Source: Methanomassiliicoccaceae archaeon
GTDB taxonomy: Archaea; Thermoplasmatota; Thermoplasmata; Methanomassiliicoccales; UBA472
Assembly: GCA_963827135.1 (NCBI GenBank)
Contig: CAWGZX010000004.1
Location: 69,521 to 133,520, forward strand
DNA: 64,000 nt
Direction: 5' to 3'
Numbering within the stretch: position 1 is the stretch's first letter; each line of letters starts with the position of its first letter. The notes below the pieces were generated by a model. It saw only the letters and a program-made list of their open reading frames with translations. It was not told the DNA's origin and searched no databases. This document shows, one piece after another, positions 20,097 to 29,621 of the stretch. The position numbers were made by a program, and so were the translations under genes.

Positions 20097-20395
20097 CTAG
20101 GTTATCACCGTAACCGAGCAATCGAGGCGAGCCTGGCTCAAAGTTACCGAAGGTATCCCCGGCTCGGACGTCTTCGACCTATCGACCAACATCCTCATCA
20201 GATGCGTGTCGAGGAGCGCTGTCATCCGGACGCAGAGCTCCATCGAAATCGCCAAGCGCTCCAAGGTTATCTCCCTCGCCCGCTTGTCCGCCTGCAAGGT
20301 CCTAGCCTGGGAGATCTCTTGGTTGGCACACCTGGCTTGCTGAGCCTATCCACGATGTTCCTGAAGGAGAGGAAGGCATCATTCAACTCGGACAT
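20097..20395 (-). CDS. Possible hypothetical protein (about 100 aa) with one frameshift near 20335
   Basis: MSELNDAFLSFRNIVDRLS joins RCANQEISQARTLQADK.. in the adjacent frame; no family recognised. Confidence 0.3.
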
Positions 20396-20457
20396 GAACC
20401 TTGCATGGTCATCCCTCGAAAAATCATTTCTCGATGCCTGTCGAAACACTGACGAAA

Positions 20458-20736
20458 TCAAACCTTCTGGTTACGGTTACGGCCATATCTCAGGATGAGG
20501 ACGATAATTATTAAATTGAGCGCGAGGGCGATGGCGTTCCAAAGGATCAATGGAAGCGAATCAAGCAATATCCCATAGATCAACCATATGAACAGTCCAA
20601 TACCGATGAGGATGGGCATGAACAGGGACAGGTCCCCCATGCTCTTGCTTCGATATCCCTTTACGATCTGTGGCAAGAAGCCAATGGTGGTAAGGAATCC
20701 TGCCAATAGGCCCAGGGCTATCCACTGGTCCATCAT
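20458..20736 (-). CDS. SemiSWEET / PQ-loop transporter
   Basis: Three TM helices, FLPQIVK PQ motif, DLS, IWLIYG. Confidence 0.9.
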   Translation of the reverse strand: MMDQWIALGLLAGFLTTIGFLPQIVKGYRSKSMGDLSLFMPILIGIGLFIWLIYGILLDSLPLILWNAIALALNLIIIVLILRYGRNRNQKV

Positions 20737-20742
20737 CGCACC

Positions 20743-22098
20743 TTAGGACTGTTTCGTGACCCTTTTAGCTCTGGCCACGACCTTGTCCACCATTTGCGGC
20801 GCGGACCCGATGTAGCTCGAGTAGTCCATGATGCTGTCCAGCTCCTTGGCGCTCATCACCCTTGTGACATCCTTGCACTTCAGAAGCACGTCCTTGAGGT
20901 GCTTCTCCTGCTTCTCGGCTGCCAAGCTTGCCCGTCTCACCACTTCGTGCGCGTCCTGCCTACCGATCCCCTTACCCACTAACGCCAGCATGACCGCCTC
21001 GGACATGACCATGCCCTTCGAGGACTCCAGGTTGGCGATCATCCTCTCCTTGTACACCTTGAGGCCTGAGAACACCTGGGCCGTCTTGATCAGGATATCA
21101 TCGGTGAGCACGAACATATGCGGTATGATGAAGCGCTCAGCGCTCGAGTTCGATAGGTCCCTCTCGTGCCAGAGCACCATGTCCTCGTAGGCGGCTGGGA
21201 CGAAGCAGCGCACGATCCTCGCCAAACCGCAAAGGTTCTCGGAGAGCATCGGGTTCCGCTTCTGGGCCATGGTGCTGGAGCCGACCTGCTTCTTCTCATC
21301 GAAGGCTTCCATGGCCTCCCCTATCTCCGTCCTTTGCAGGTTGCGTACCTCGGTCGCGTAACGCTCGCAAGCTGTCGCCAGAATAGCGAGGAAGGAGGCT
21401 AGCTCCGCGTAACGGTCTCGGCATACGATCTGGGTAGCGGCCTCCTCAACCTGCAGGCCGAGGTCCTTCATTACCAGGTCCTGCACCTCGAAGAAGCTCT
21501 CGCCGAAGCCGGCCCCAGTGCCAACCGCTCCGGACATCTTGCCCACGCATACCCTCGGCCGCAGCTCCCTCAAGCGCTCCAGGTCGCGCATCATCTCGCT
21601 CGTGTACCCGGCGATCTTGAAACCGAAGGTGGTGGGTATGGCGAACTGGCCGTGCGTCCTGGCGACCATCACGGTGCTGCGGTGCTTGACCGCTAGGTCG
21701 GCCAGTACCTTGATCAGCCCGATCAGGTCCTCCTCGATCAGGTCCAGGGCCTGCTTGATCTGCAATGCCATGCCCGTGTCAACCATGTCGTTGGATGTGG
21801 CTCCAAGATGAACGTACTTGCCCGACGGACCGCTCTTTTCGGTGATCGCCTTAACCATGGCCATGACGTCGTGCTTGGTCTCCGCCTCTATCTCCTTGAC
21901 CCTCGACAGTGTCACCTTACCTGTCATGCAGGTCTTGGCGATGCGCTCCGCGTCCTTCTTGGGTATGTTGCCGACCTTGGCGTGCGCTAACGCGAGCGCC
22001 GCCTCCACCTTTAACTGGGTCCTAAGGCGGTTATCCTCGCTCAGGACCTCCTTCATGACCTCCCTGCCGTACCGGTAATCCAAGGGACAGATTAGCAT
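20743..22098 (-). CDS. purB: Adenylosuccinate lyase
   Basis: HDVMA, HLGATSND, RTHGQ, GSSTMAQKRNP, WHERDLS. Confidence 0.96.
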   Translation of the reverse strand: MLICPLDYRYGREVMKEVLSEDNRLRTQLKVEAALALAHAKVGNIPKKDAERIAKTCMTGKVTLSRVKEIEAETKHDVMAMVKAITEKSGPSGKYVHLGATSNDMVDTGMALQIKQALDLIEEDLIGLIKVLADLAVKHRSTVMVARTHGQFAIPTTFGFKIAGYTSEMMRDLERLRELRPRVCVGKMSGAVGTGAGFGESFFEVQDLVMKDLGLQVEEAATQIVCRDRYAELASFLAILATACERYATEVRNLQRTEIGEAMEAFDEKKQVGSSTMAQKRNPMLSENLCGLARIVRCFVPAAYEDMVLWHERDLSNSSAERFIIPHMFVLTDDILIKTAQVFSGLKVYKERMIANLESSKGMVMSEAVMLALVGKGIGRQDAHEVVRRASLAAEKQEKHLKDVLLKCKDVTRVMSAKELDSIMDYSSYIGSAPQMVDKVVARAKRVTKQS

Positions 22099-22364
22099 AG
22101 ACCGACCGCGAGGAATATGGGCCCAGTGCTATATAGGATATCTATACGAGGATCATGGCTCTATTACGCCGAAAATTACCTGGGGGAGAGAAGGCCTCAG
22201 TCCAGCATTAAGATTCTAAGTTTATACATATATGTCGTTCGATAAATGTTGATTTTGTCGGGTAAAGTCCGATACCAGCATTTTATTCCACTTTTCCAGA
22301 TATGATAAAGGTAAGAAAAGATTAAGAAGCCTGTCGGATTATATTCGGAAAAGGCGGATTGCTG

Positions 22365-23966
22365 ATGAAGGATGGATATCGTGGGCGTATACCAGTAGAA
22401 TTGTTGAACTTTTTCCGCGCCCCCGGAGGCCACTCGCTCTTGATTAAGGGCGATGCTGGTACCGGCAAGACCACTCTCGCGCTGCAGCTGATAGAGGAGC
22501 TGTCGGACGAGCAGCCTGACTACTACCTCTCCACCCGCGTCTCGGACGAGGCGCTCTACCGCCAGTTCCCCTGGCTCGAGGAAAAGGCCAAGCGCAATGA
22601 CATCCTCAAGGCGGGGAAGGCCTTCCTCACCAAGACCAAGGCCCCGTCCTTCCGAGGCATGGAGGACTACCAGCACGACTCCACCCTAAGGGTGGCCAAG
22701 GACCTGCTCAAGGTGCTCGGGAAGGGAGATTCCTCCAGCCCCATGGTGGTCCGCTCCGAGCTCATGAAGCTCGAGGGTCAGATCGAGTCCGGGGAAGGGG
22801 ACGACTCAGGCGCCATGCCCGGTGAATTGACCGAGGACGGCATGGTCCTCGACATAGGGGTCATGCTCCCCGAGATGGAGCTGGCCTACGATATGGCTGA
22901 GGCCAACCTTCCTAACAAGACGCTCATCGTCCTCGATTCCATCGACGCGCTCTCGGAGCATTACGGCATCAGCTCCCAGAAGATCATGAACACCCTGCAG
23001 AAGGACCTGGTTGAGCACTCCGGCACCAACATCGCCTATGTCATGGAGACGTCGGAGAGGAACATCTACGACTACCTTGGGGATGGAGTGGTCCGGCTCT
23101 TCAACGCCCAGAAGGATGGACGGAGGGTGCGCGAGCTCATCATCGAGAAGCTGCGCGGCCAGATGGTCATGCGCTGGAAGTACCCGTTCACGCTGGTGGA
23201 CGGGAGGCTACGCGTCTTCGAGACCAACTGGTTCAACATCCCCGAGGAGCTGGACGCCCACGTCCCCATCGCCGATCCGGCGGCGGACAGCGTCTCCACC
23301 GGCAACGAGTCCATCGACCGGGAGCTCGGCGGATTGCGCCGGGGATCGGTCGTGCTGCTGGAGATAGGCGAGAGCGTGCCGCAGGACATCGTGAGGGCGA
23401 TCGAGTACACCCTCATCGCCGACTTCCTTTCCAAGAAGAGGGGCATCATCTGGTTCCCGCTCTTCGCCATCAACTATGACACGTTGGACAGGCAGATGCG
23501 CCGCATGGTCTCCAAGGATGCCTTGAGCGGCTGCCTAAGGGTGCTAGACCACGATGCCCCGATGGACAAGAGCTACGACTTCGTCAGCGTGATCGAGGGC
23601 TCGGACGCGGCCCAGGATCTGAGGCTGAACTCGCTGCGCTTCATGCTCTCCCGCTCCGCGATCGAACCATACATGTCGATACTCGGCTTCGATTCGTTGG
23701 AGGCGCTCTACGGCCCCTCCGTCCTGCCGGACACCTTCGTGCACATGGAGGCGATGAAGCGCGCTGGCAATGTCGTGCTGGCGGAGGCGACCACCTCCTG
23801 CGCATCGCTGAAGCAGGTCGCGCACCAGGCGAGGATCCACCTCAAGCTGGAATCGCTGGCCGGAACGGTCATGATCTGCGGCTTGAAGCCCGCCTCGCCC
23901 TACTACTACCTCGACTTCGATATGGCGAAGGAGAAGATCGCCCCGCGCCTCGTCCCGATGGTATGA
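22365..23966 (+). CDS. GvpD/KaiC-like tandem RecA-fold ATPase
   Basis: N-domain Walker A GDAGTGKT, VLDSID, EKLRG; second domain degenerate (STGNESIDRELGG, no Walker A Lys). Confidence 0.82.
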   Translation: MKDGYRGRIPVELLNFFRAPGGHSLLIKGDAGTGKTTLALQLIEELSDEQPDYYLSTRVSDEALYRQFPWLEEKAKRNDILKAGKAFLTKTKAPSFRGMEDYQHDSTLRVAKDLLKVLGKGDSSSPMVVRSELMKLEGQIESGEGDDSGAMPGELTEDGMVLDIGVMLPEMELAYDMAEANLPNKTLIVLDSIDALSEHYGISSQKIMNTLQKDLVEHSGTNIAYVMETSERNIYDYLGDGVVRLFNAQKDGRRVRELIIEKLRGQMVMRWKYPFTLVDGRLRVFETNWFNIPEELDAHVPIADPAADSVSTGNESIDRELGGLRRGSVVLLEIGESVPQDIVRAIEYTLIADFLSKKRGIIWFPLFAINYDTLDRQMRRMVSKDALSGCLRVLDHDAPMDKSYDFVSVIEGSDAAQDLRLNSLRFMLSRSAIEPYMSILGFDSLEALYGPSVLPDTFVHMEAMKRAGNVVLAEATTSCASLKQVAHQARIHLKLESLAGTVMICGLKPASPYYYLDFDMAKEKIAPRLVPMV

Positions 23967-24072
23967 TTATCATCTAGCGAAACGATAAAACCATCTGGAT
24001 AGGCATTTCTCGCTATCTCTTTTGATAGCTAGAACCTAAGGGCTTTAAAACCGGGCGACCCTCGAGCGTACC

Positions 24073-24417
24073 ATGGACGACGGCATTCATAAGGAGCAAG
24101 AGATGTCACGGCTAATGGCCGACGATTACGCAGGCAAGATCATGAGTGCCACCTACGGGAAGGCGATGTCCATACAAGAGATATCCCGCATCTGCGAGAT
24201 ACCCATCGCCGTTGCCTATCGCCGGGTCGGGAGAATGGAGGAGGTCGGCCTGGTGAAGTGCGTGAGGGAGGAGGAAGCCTATCGAGGGAAGAAGGTGCGC
24301 TTCTACATGTGCGCCGTCGACTCACTTCAGCTCTGCTTCGAGAAAGGGCACTTCACCGTCCAGGTCCAGCCCAACACCGAACTGGCATACATGGAAAAAG
24401 AGAAGGCCACCAGCTGA
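24073..24417 (+). CDS. Winged-helix (ArsR/HTH_20-like) DNA-binding protein
   Basis: SIQEISRICEIPIAVAYRRV HTH followed by a beta wing (GKKVRFY). Confidence 0.85.
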   Translation: MDDGIHKEQEMSRLMADDYAGKIMSATYGKAMSIQEISRICEIPIAVAYRRVGRMEEVGLVKCVREEEAYRGKKVRFYMCAVDSLQLCFEKGHFTVQVQPNTELAYMEKEKATS

Positions 24418-24451
24418 GCGGCCTTCTAGCTAGCGACTGGAAGACGCGCCT

Positions 24452-24967
24452 ATGCACTCCGAAGCATGGTCAAGCAAATATAAGCCTAGTCCCATTATCC
24501 CTAAGGATAACCAGGATGGAGCGGATGGGGGAATTGGCAGGGTAGACCTTCTCAGGACTTCTCAGCTATTGACCGACGAGTATTCTGTAAAGATATTAGT
24601 GGCGACGATACGCGTCCCCAAGTCCGCCCAGGACATCTCCGATGCCTACAACATCCCCATCGCCGCCTGCTACCGCCGCATCCGCGACCTGGAGCAGGAA
24701 GGCTTGCTAGTGTGCACGGAAAGGAAGCTTTCCCGGCAAGGTAAGCGCGTCTCCTACTATCTGAGCATGCTCAAGTCCGCCTACGTGTACTTCGAGAACG
24801 GCCATCTTCGGGTCAAGTTCGAGCTGAAGACCGGCGGCGCGGACCAGTACGGCACGGACTGGCACGAGATCCCCCTGGAGGGAGGGGCCAAGCCTGCACC
24901 GCCCCCGAGCAAGGAGCAGGATGACGACCTCGATGACCTAGACGACCTCGAGGACGACGGCGCCTGA
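24452..24967 (+). CDS. Winged-helix DNA-binding protein with acidic tail (true start probably near 24520-24540)
   Basis: SAQDISDAYNIPIAACYRRI..GKRVSYY; tail DDDLDDLDDLEDDG; a TATA-like sequence lies inside the annotated 5' end. Confidence 0.8.
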   Translation: MHSEAWSSKYKPSPIIPKDNQDGADGGIGRVDLLRTSQLLTDEYSVKILVATIRVPKSAQDISDAYNIPIAACYRRIRDLEQEGLLVCTERKLSRQGKRVSYYLSMLKSAYVYFENGHLRVKFELKTGGADQYGTDWHEIPLEGGAKPAPPPSKEQDDDLDDLDDLEDDGA

Positions 24968-25075
24968 TGCTGGCTTGGGCCATTTCTCGGTTAATCCATG
25001 CGAAAGGGTTATAAACGGTAGTCAGTATGTGGATTCGCTTTATTTGGTGTCTGTTAGACGATTGAGCGTGAACTT

Positions 25076-25945
25076 ATGAGTGAATTGTTGGAGGAACTGG
25101 ACCAAAAGAGACAGTACAACAACAACGAGGCGGAGAAGCATAGAAGGCTCCGTGACGAGTTGAACGAGGAGACGAAGAGATGGGTGCAGAAGAGGGACGA
25201 GCTCAATGCCAAGGTGCGCGAGCTGGTGGAGGAAGCGGCGAAGCGCCGCCAGACCCGAGACTCCCTCAACGTCCAGGTGCGCGAGGCGAAGGAGCAGCGC
25301 GACGTCTGGAACAAGAAGGTGAACGAGCTCAACGAGGCCGTCACCAACCTGAAGAAGACCAACCTGCCCAGGGAAGGCCCGCCCATCGCCAAGCTGAAGA
25401 AGGAGCTCAAGGCCTTAGAGTTCAAACAGATGACCTCGGTACTGACCGTGGAGAAGGAGCGCGAGCTGATCGAGCAGCTCTCCGAGATGCAGAAGCTCAT
25501 CAAGGAGAGGGAGAAGGCGCTCGAGGCCAACGACGAGGTCCGCAACGCCATCCGCTCCCTGCGCGAGGCGAAGGACAAGGCCGAAGGTTATCACCGCCAA
25601 GTGGGAGAGCTAGCAGAGAAGGCTCAGACCGAGCACGACGAGATGATCAAGCTCTACGAGCAGGCCGACACTCTAAGGAAAGAGGCGGACGAGGCTCAGG
25701 AGAAGTTCATCGAGACCAAGCTCAAGGCGGACGATGAGCACAAGAAGCACATCGAGCACATCCGACAGGTGCATGATTACGACAAGATATTAACAGGCTT
25801 GAAGCAGAAAGCCCGCAAGGCCCGGAAGAAGAAGGAGGAGACCGCGGCTATGAAAGAGGCCGAGGATATCTTCGAGAAGTTCAAGAAGGGCGAGAAGCTA
25901 AGCACCGAGGACCTGATGGCCCTGCAGAAGTCTGGCTATCTGTGA
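25076..25945 (+). CDS. Archaeal coiled-coil protein (COG1340-like)
   Basis: Heptad-rich, LEFKQMTSVLTVEKERELIE, terminal GEKLSTEDLMALQ. Confidence 0.85.
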   Translation: MSELLEELDQKRQYNNNEAEKHRRLRDELNEETKRWVQKRDELNAKVRELVEEAAKRRQTRDSLNVQVREAKEQRDVWNKKVNELNEAVTNLKKTNLPREGPPIAKLKKELKALEFKQMTSVLTVEKERELIEQLSEMQKLIKEREKALEANDEVRNAIRSLREAKDKAEGYHRQVGELAEKAQTEHDEMIKLYEQADTLRKEADEAQEKFIETKLKADDEHKKHIEHIRQVHDYDKILTGLKQKARKARKKKEETAAMKEAEDIFEKFKKGEKLSTEDLMALQKSGYL

Positions 25946-26035
25946 TCGGCAAACCTTTTCCCGCAATCCCTTAAACATTTGTTCCTTTTGCTTATATACT
26001 TACTTAACATCCTTAACGCAATCGTTTTAGCAATC

Positions 26036-26043
26036 TTTATATA
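26036..26043 (+). promoter_or_regulatory. TATA box (TTTATATA) upstream of the candidate small RNA
   Basis: Consensus TATA about 25-30 nt upstream of the hairpin. Confidence 0.5.
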
Positions 26044-26060
26044 GCCATGTAGAGATAATA

Positions 26061-26142
26061 GGAGCTCGGGAAGGTCTGGGCTAGTTTTCAGAGTGCATCC
26101 CATCCCTTCTGATCAGGCTAGCCCTTCCCAACCCTTTTTTTT
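26061..26142 (+). ncRNA. Candidate small structured RNA
   Basis: GGGAA/TTCCC, GGGCTAG/CTAGCCC and TCAGA/TCTGA stems between a TATA box and a T8 tract. Confidence 0.4.
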
Positions 26143-26204
26143 CCTAAATTGCTGGGCAAGGATTATCTAGTGTCATTGCTTAGCTGTCCGAAAGGTGAGA
26201 TGGA

Positions 26205-27551
26205 GTGGTATTGGAAGGCCTGGGGCAGTCCTTGCGAGGGGTGCTAAACAAGATAGCCAAGGCGAACACCATAGACGAGCCCTTGGTCAAGGAGGTCTCC
26301 CGCGACATTCAGAGAGCCTTGCTACAAGCGGACGTGAACGTTCAGCTCGTCCTAAGCCTCACCAAGGAGGTTGAGCGGAGGGCGCTCAACGAGAAGCCCC
26401 CTGCGGGCATGACCCTGAGGGAGCACGTGATCAAGATCATCTACGAGGAGCTGGTGAAGATCCTCGGGCATCCCCGGCAGCTCCCCTTGACCAAGCAGAC
26501 CATACTCATGGTCGGGCTCTACGGACAAGGCAAGACCACGCAGACCGGGAAGCTGGGAAGGTACCTGCACAAGCGGGGCCTCAAGGTCGGCTTGATCGCC
26601 GCGGACGTCCATCGTCCGGCAGCCTACGACCAGCTAGTTCAGATAGGCGAGAAGATAGGAGTGCCGGTCTTCGGCATGCCGGGAGAGAAGGACGCGGCCA
26701 AGATAGTCGCCGAGGGCATGAGGCACTTCCATGGCATGGACGTAAAGATCATCGATACTTCGGGCCGTCACGCCCTCGAGGTCGACCTGATCTCGGAGAT
26801 CAAGAGGGTGGCAGATGTCGCGAAGGCGGACGAGCGCATCCTCGTCCTCGATGCTTCGGTCGGCCAACAGGCCGGACCGCAGGCCCAGGCGTTCCACGAC
26901 GCGGTCGGGGTGACCAGCGTGATACTCACCAAGATGGACGGCTCCGCAAAGGGCGGGGGGGCGTTATCGGCGGTCTCCAAGACCCAAGCGTCCATTGTCT
27001 TCATAGGCACGGGCGAGCACCTCGAGGACCTCGAGACCTTCAACCCCGAGCGCTTCATCTCCCGACTACTGGGCATGGGGGACATCCAATCGCTCCTGGA
27101 GAAGGCGAAGGAGACCATGACCGAGGAGCAGGCCATGGAGACCACCAAGAAGATCATGTCCGGCCGCTTCACCCTGACGGAGATGTACGAGCAGATGGAG
27201 ATGGTCTCGAACATGGGGCCCCTCAAGAAGCTGCTGTCCATGATCCCGGGTTTCGGGATGCCGGGGATGACCGACAAGATCAACGTCGAAGAGACCCAGA
27301 GGAGGCTCGCTATCTTCCGAGTCATCATGGACTCGATGACCGAGGAGGAGATGGAGGATCCCAAGGTCATAAAGTCCTCGAGGGTCAGCCGCATCGCCAA
27401 GGGCGCGGGCGTCGATCCCAAGGAGGTGAGGGCGCTGCTGCATCAGTACAATACCTCGAAAAAGGCGGTCAAGGGGCTCATGGGCAACCGCAAGTTGCGC
27501 CGTCAGATGATGAAGCAGCTCGAGTCCGGTGACATGGGGGGCATGCAGTGA
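26205..27551 (+). CDS. ffh: Signal recognition particle protein SRP54
   Basis: ALLQADVN, GLYGQGKTT, DTSGRH, TKMDGSAKGGGALS, M domain with SRVSRIAKGAG. Confidence 0.97.
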   Translation: MVLEGLGQSLRGVLNKIAKANTIDEPLVKEVSRDIQRALLQADVNVQLVLSLTKEVERRALNEKPPAGMTLREHVIKIIYEELVKILGHPRQLPLTKQTILMVGLYGQGKTTQTGKLGRYLHKRGLKVGLIAADVHRPAAYDQLVQIGEKIGVPVFGMPGEKDAAKIVAEGMRHFHGMDVKIIDTSGRHALEVDLISEIKRVADVAKADERILVLDASVGQQAGPQAQAFHDAVGVTSVILTKMDGSAKGGGALSAVSKTQASIVFIGTGEHLEDLETFNPERFISRLLGMGDIQSLLEKAKETMTEEQAMETTKKIMSGRFTLTEMYEQMEMVSNMGPLKKLLSMIPGFGMPGMTDKINVEETQRRLAIFRVIMDSMTEEEMEDPKVIKSSRVSRIAKGAGVDPKEVRALLHQYNTSKKAVKGLMGNRKLRRQMMKQLESGDMGGMQ

Positions 27552-28144
27552 GGAGGTTCGTGGTCATCGGTCATCGGGCCATCACCTCTGGTGACTTCAA
27601 GCTCGACGACCTGGCCGGCGGCACGGGGCGCCTCGACGTCCTGTTGCGCTGCATCAACTCCACCTTCTTCCTCTCGCACGACATCCGCAGGGACGCCGAG
27701 ATCACCCTCATCCTCCAAGGCGCCCCGAACCCACCCAAGTCCATCCGGCTCGTCGGCTCGGAACTAAAGTACCTGAACCCGGACGAGCGGTCCACGGCCG
27801 CTCTGGTGCGCAACGCCCTGATCCAGAAGGTGGCGTTCGAGGAGCGCTCCTCGCCCGGCATCTACATCTCCAACCGCAAGTACCGGGACGTGCTCACCTC
27901 CATACCCGAGGGAGAGCAGATCGTCTACCTCAAGGAGGACGGTCAGGACGTGCGCGACTTTGATTTCAAGGAAAACGTCACCTTCGTGCTAGGTGACGAC
28001 CAGGACCTTACCCCCGAGGAGGAGGAGGCCTTGCTGGCCTACAACCCTCAGGTCATCTCGCTCGGCCCGAGGTCCTACCACGCGGACCACTGCGTCACCA
28101 TCGTCAACAACGAGCTCGACCGGCGCATCCCCCGAAGGGACTAG
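27548..28144 (+). CDS. trmY: tRNA (pseudouridine54-N1)-methyltransferase
   Basis: DLAGGTGRLDVLLRC, LNPDERS, FVLGDDQDL, SLGPRSYHADHC (SPOUT fold). Confidence 0.93.
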   Translation: MRRFVVIGHRAITSGDFKLDDLAGGTGRLDVLLRCINSTFFLSHDIRRDAEITLILQGAPNPPKSIRLVGSELKYLNPDERSTAALVRNALIQKVAFEERSSPGIYISNRKYRDVLTSIPEGEQIVYLKEDGQDVRDFDFKENVTFVLGDDQDLTPEEEEALLAYNPQVISLGPRSYHADHCVTIVNNELDRRIPRRD

Positions 28145-29325
28145 TCGACCGGCTCCTTGACGCGCTGCGCCATCTTCCTCGCGAGCTCCTCGGTCTTCTT
28201 AAGGTCCTCCTTCGTCGGGTAGCCGTTGACGTCGATTGCGCCCAAGGCATCGAGCTTGAGGGGCGCCAGGACCTCCAGGGCCTGCTTGACCGCCCCACCC
28301 CCCCATCCATACGAGGAAAGCAGGACGGCGTACTTCGCCGGGGGCTTGATGGCCTTGACCACGTTCGCCGCGTGAAGCGCCAAGGGATGCAGGCCGTTGA
28401 GCACCGTCGGGCCCGCGAGGACTATGCCTCGGGAATCGACCAGGTCCCCGGCGATGCTCGCCAGGTCGCTGACCGCGAGGTCGTACACCTGCGCCTCAAC
28501 GCCCTCTTGCATCAAGGTCTGTGCGAACTCGTCCACTAAGGCCTTGGTCGCCTGCCACATGGTCACATAGCAGATCGTGACCTTCGGGACCGTCTCCCCG
28601 CTCGTCCAATGCAGGTAGGCATCTATGATCGGCTTAGGGTCTTTATGAATAGGACCGTGGCTGGGGGCGATCATCCTGATGTCCAATCCCTCGAGCTTGG
28701 CCAGGCCGTTCCTGCCGTTCTTGGCGTAGGGCATCATGATCTCGCCGAAGTACTTCTTGGCGTAGACGAGCAGGTCGGGCACCTCGTCCGCGAAAGCCCC
28801 GCCCGCGTGATGCGAGCCGAAGAAGTCGCAGGGGAAGAGCACCTTCTCCTCCACGAGATAGGTGAACATCGTCTCCGGCCAGTGCAGGAAGGGCGCCTCG
28901 ATGAACCTCAGGCTTCGCCCTCCTAGTTCTAGGATCTCGCCGTCCTGGACGACCTTCATCCTGTCCTCGCTCACGTGGAACAATGCCTTCGCTAGCTTGG
29001 CGCCCTTCGCCGTGAGCACCAGCTTGGCTCTGGGGTTGTGCTCCAGGACGAATCCTATGTTTCCAGCATGGTCCGGCTCGGCGTGGTTCATGATCAGATA
29101 GTCGATCTTGCCCCAGGAGCCAAGCTGCTCCAGCTTGCCCTTCAGCTCCCCCTCGAAGCCGGGGTTGACCGTGTCGATGAGGGCGACCTTGTCCCGACCG
29201 TCGACGAGATAGGAGTTATAGGTCGTCCCAGCTGGCATGGGGATGAGGGCGTCGAAGAGCCTCCTTTCCCAATCCCGCACTCCCACCCAATGGACTCCAA
29301 CCGCGATCTCCCTAGTCTCGTACAT
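28141..29325 (-). CDS. fprA: Flavodiiron protein (A-type flavoprotein)
   Basis: GTTYNSYL, NHAEPDH, PFLHWPE, CDFFG, APSHG plus flavodoxin domain (SYGWGG). Confidence 0.93.
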   Translation of the reverse strand: MYETREIAVGVHWVGVRDWERRLFDALIPMPAGTTYNSYLVDGRDKVALIDTVNPGFEGELKGKLEQLGSWGKIDYLIMNHAEPDHAGNIGFVLEHNPRAKLVLTAKGAKLAKALFHVSEDRMKVVQDGEILELGGRSLRFIEAPFLHWPETMFTYLVEEKVLFPCDFFGSHHAGGAFADEVPDLLVYAKKYFGEIMMPYAKNGRNGLAKLEGLDIRMIAPSHGPIHKDPKPIIDAYLHWTSGETVPKVTICYVTMWQATKALVDEFAQTLMQEGVEAQVYDLAVSDLASIAGDLVDSRGIVLAGPTVLNGLHPLALHAANVVKAIKPPAKYAVLLSSYGWGGGAVKQALEVLAPLKLDALGAIDVNGYPTKEDLKKTEELARKMAQRVKEPVD

Positions 29326-29427
29326 GTCAATTTACCTGATGATTGGCACATCCCCATGGATATATGTAAGAATCGATGCGGCCTTCGCATAGGCTTTTAT
29401 CCTTCGAGGAGATTAAGCGCAGCTGGC

Positions 29428-29621
29428 ATGAGCGAGAAGATAGCGCAGCACCGACATTGCCGCCAGTGCGGCAAGGCCTTCGTGGGCAACGACCCGTTCT
29501 GCTCCGTAGAGTGCAAGGGTACGAATAGTACCAATCTAAAGAAAAGAAGAGACAGCTGCTCATGCTCTACGTGATATCCGCCTTAATCCTCATTTTCGCT
29601 CTGGCATACGTGAGTTTATGA
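29428..29621 (+). CDS. DUF2116-like zinc-ribbon membrane protein, one frameshift near 29548
   Basis: QHRHCRQCGKAF..FCSVEC; TM tail QLLMLYVISALILIFALAYVSL* in the adjacent frame ends in an ATGA overlap with the next gene. Confidence 0.8.

Noticed and set aside
22235-22350. Imperfect inverted repeats (TCGATA/TGTCGG-like) upstream of the KaiC-like gene as operators
   Set aside because: Too degenerate to distinguish from chance without comparative data.
22365-23966. Gas vesicle or circadian clock locus
   Set aside because: No gvpA/C/N or kaiA/B nearby; only the ATPase fold is shared.
26061-26142. SRP (7S) RNA next to srp54
   Set aside because: About 80 nt versus about 300 nt, and no helix-8 motif recognised.
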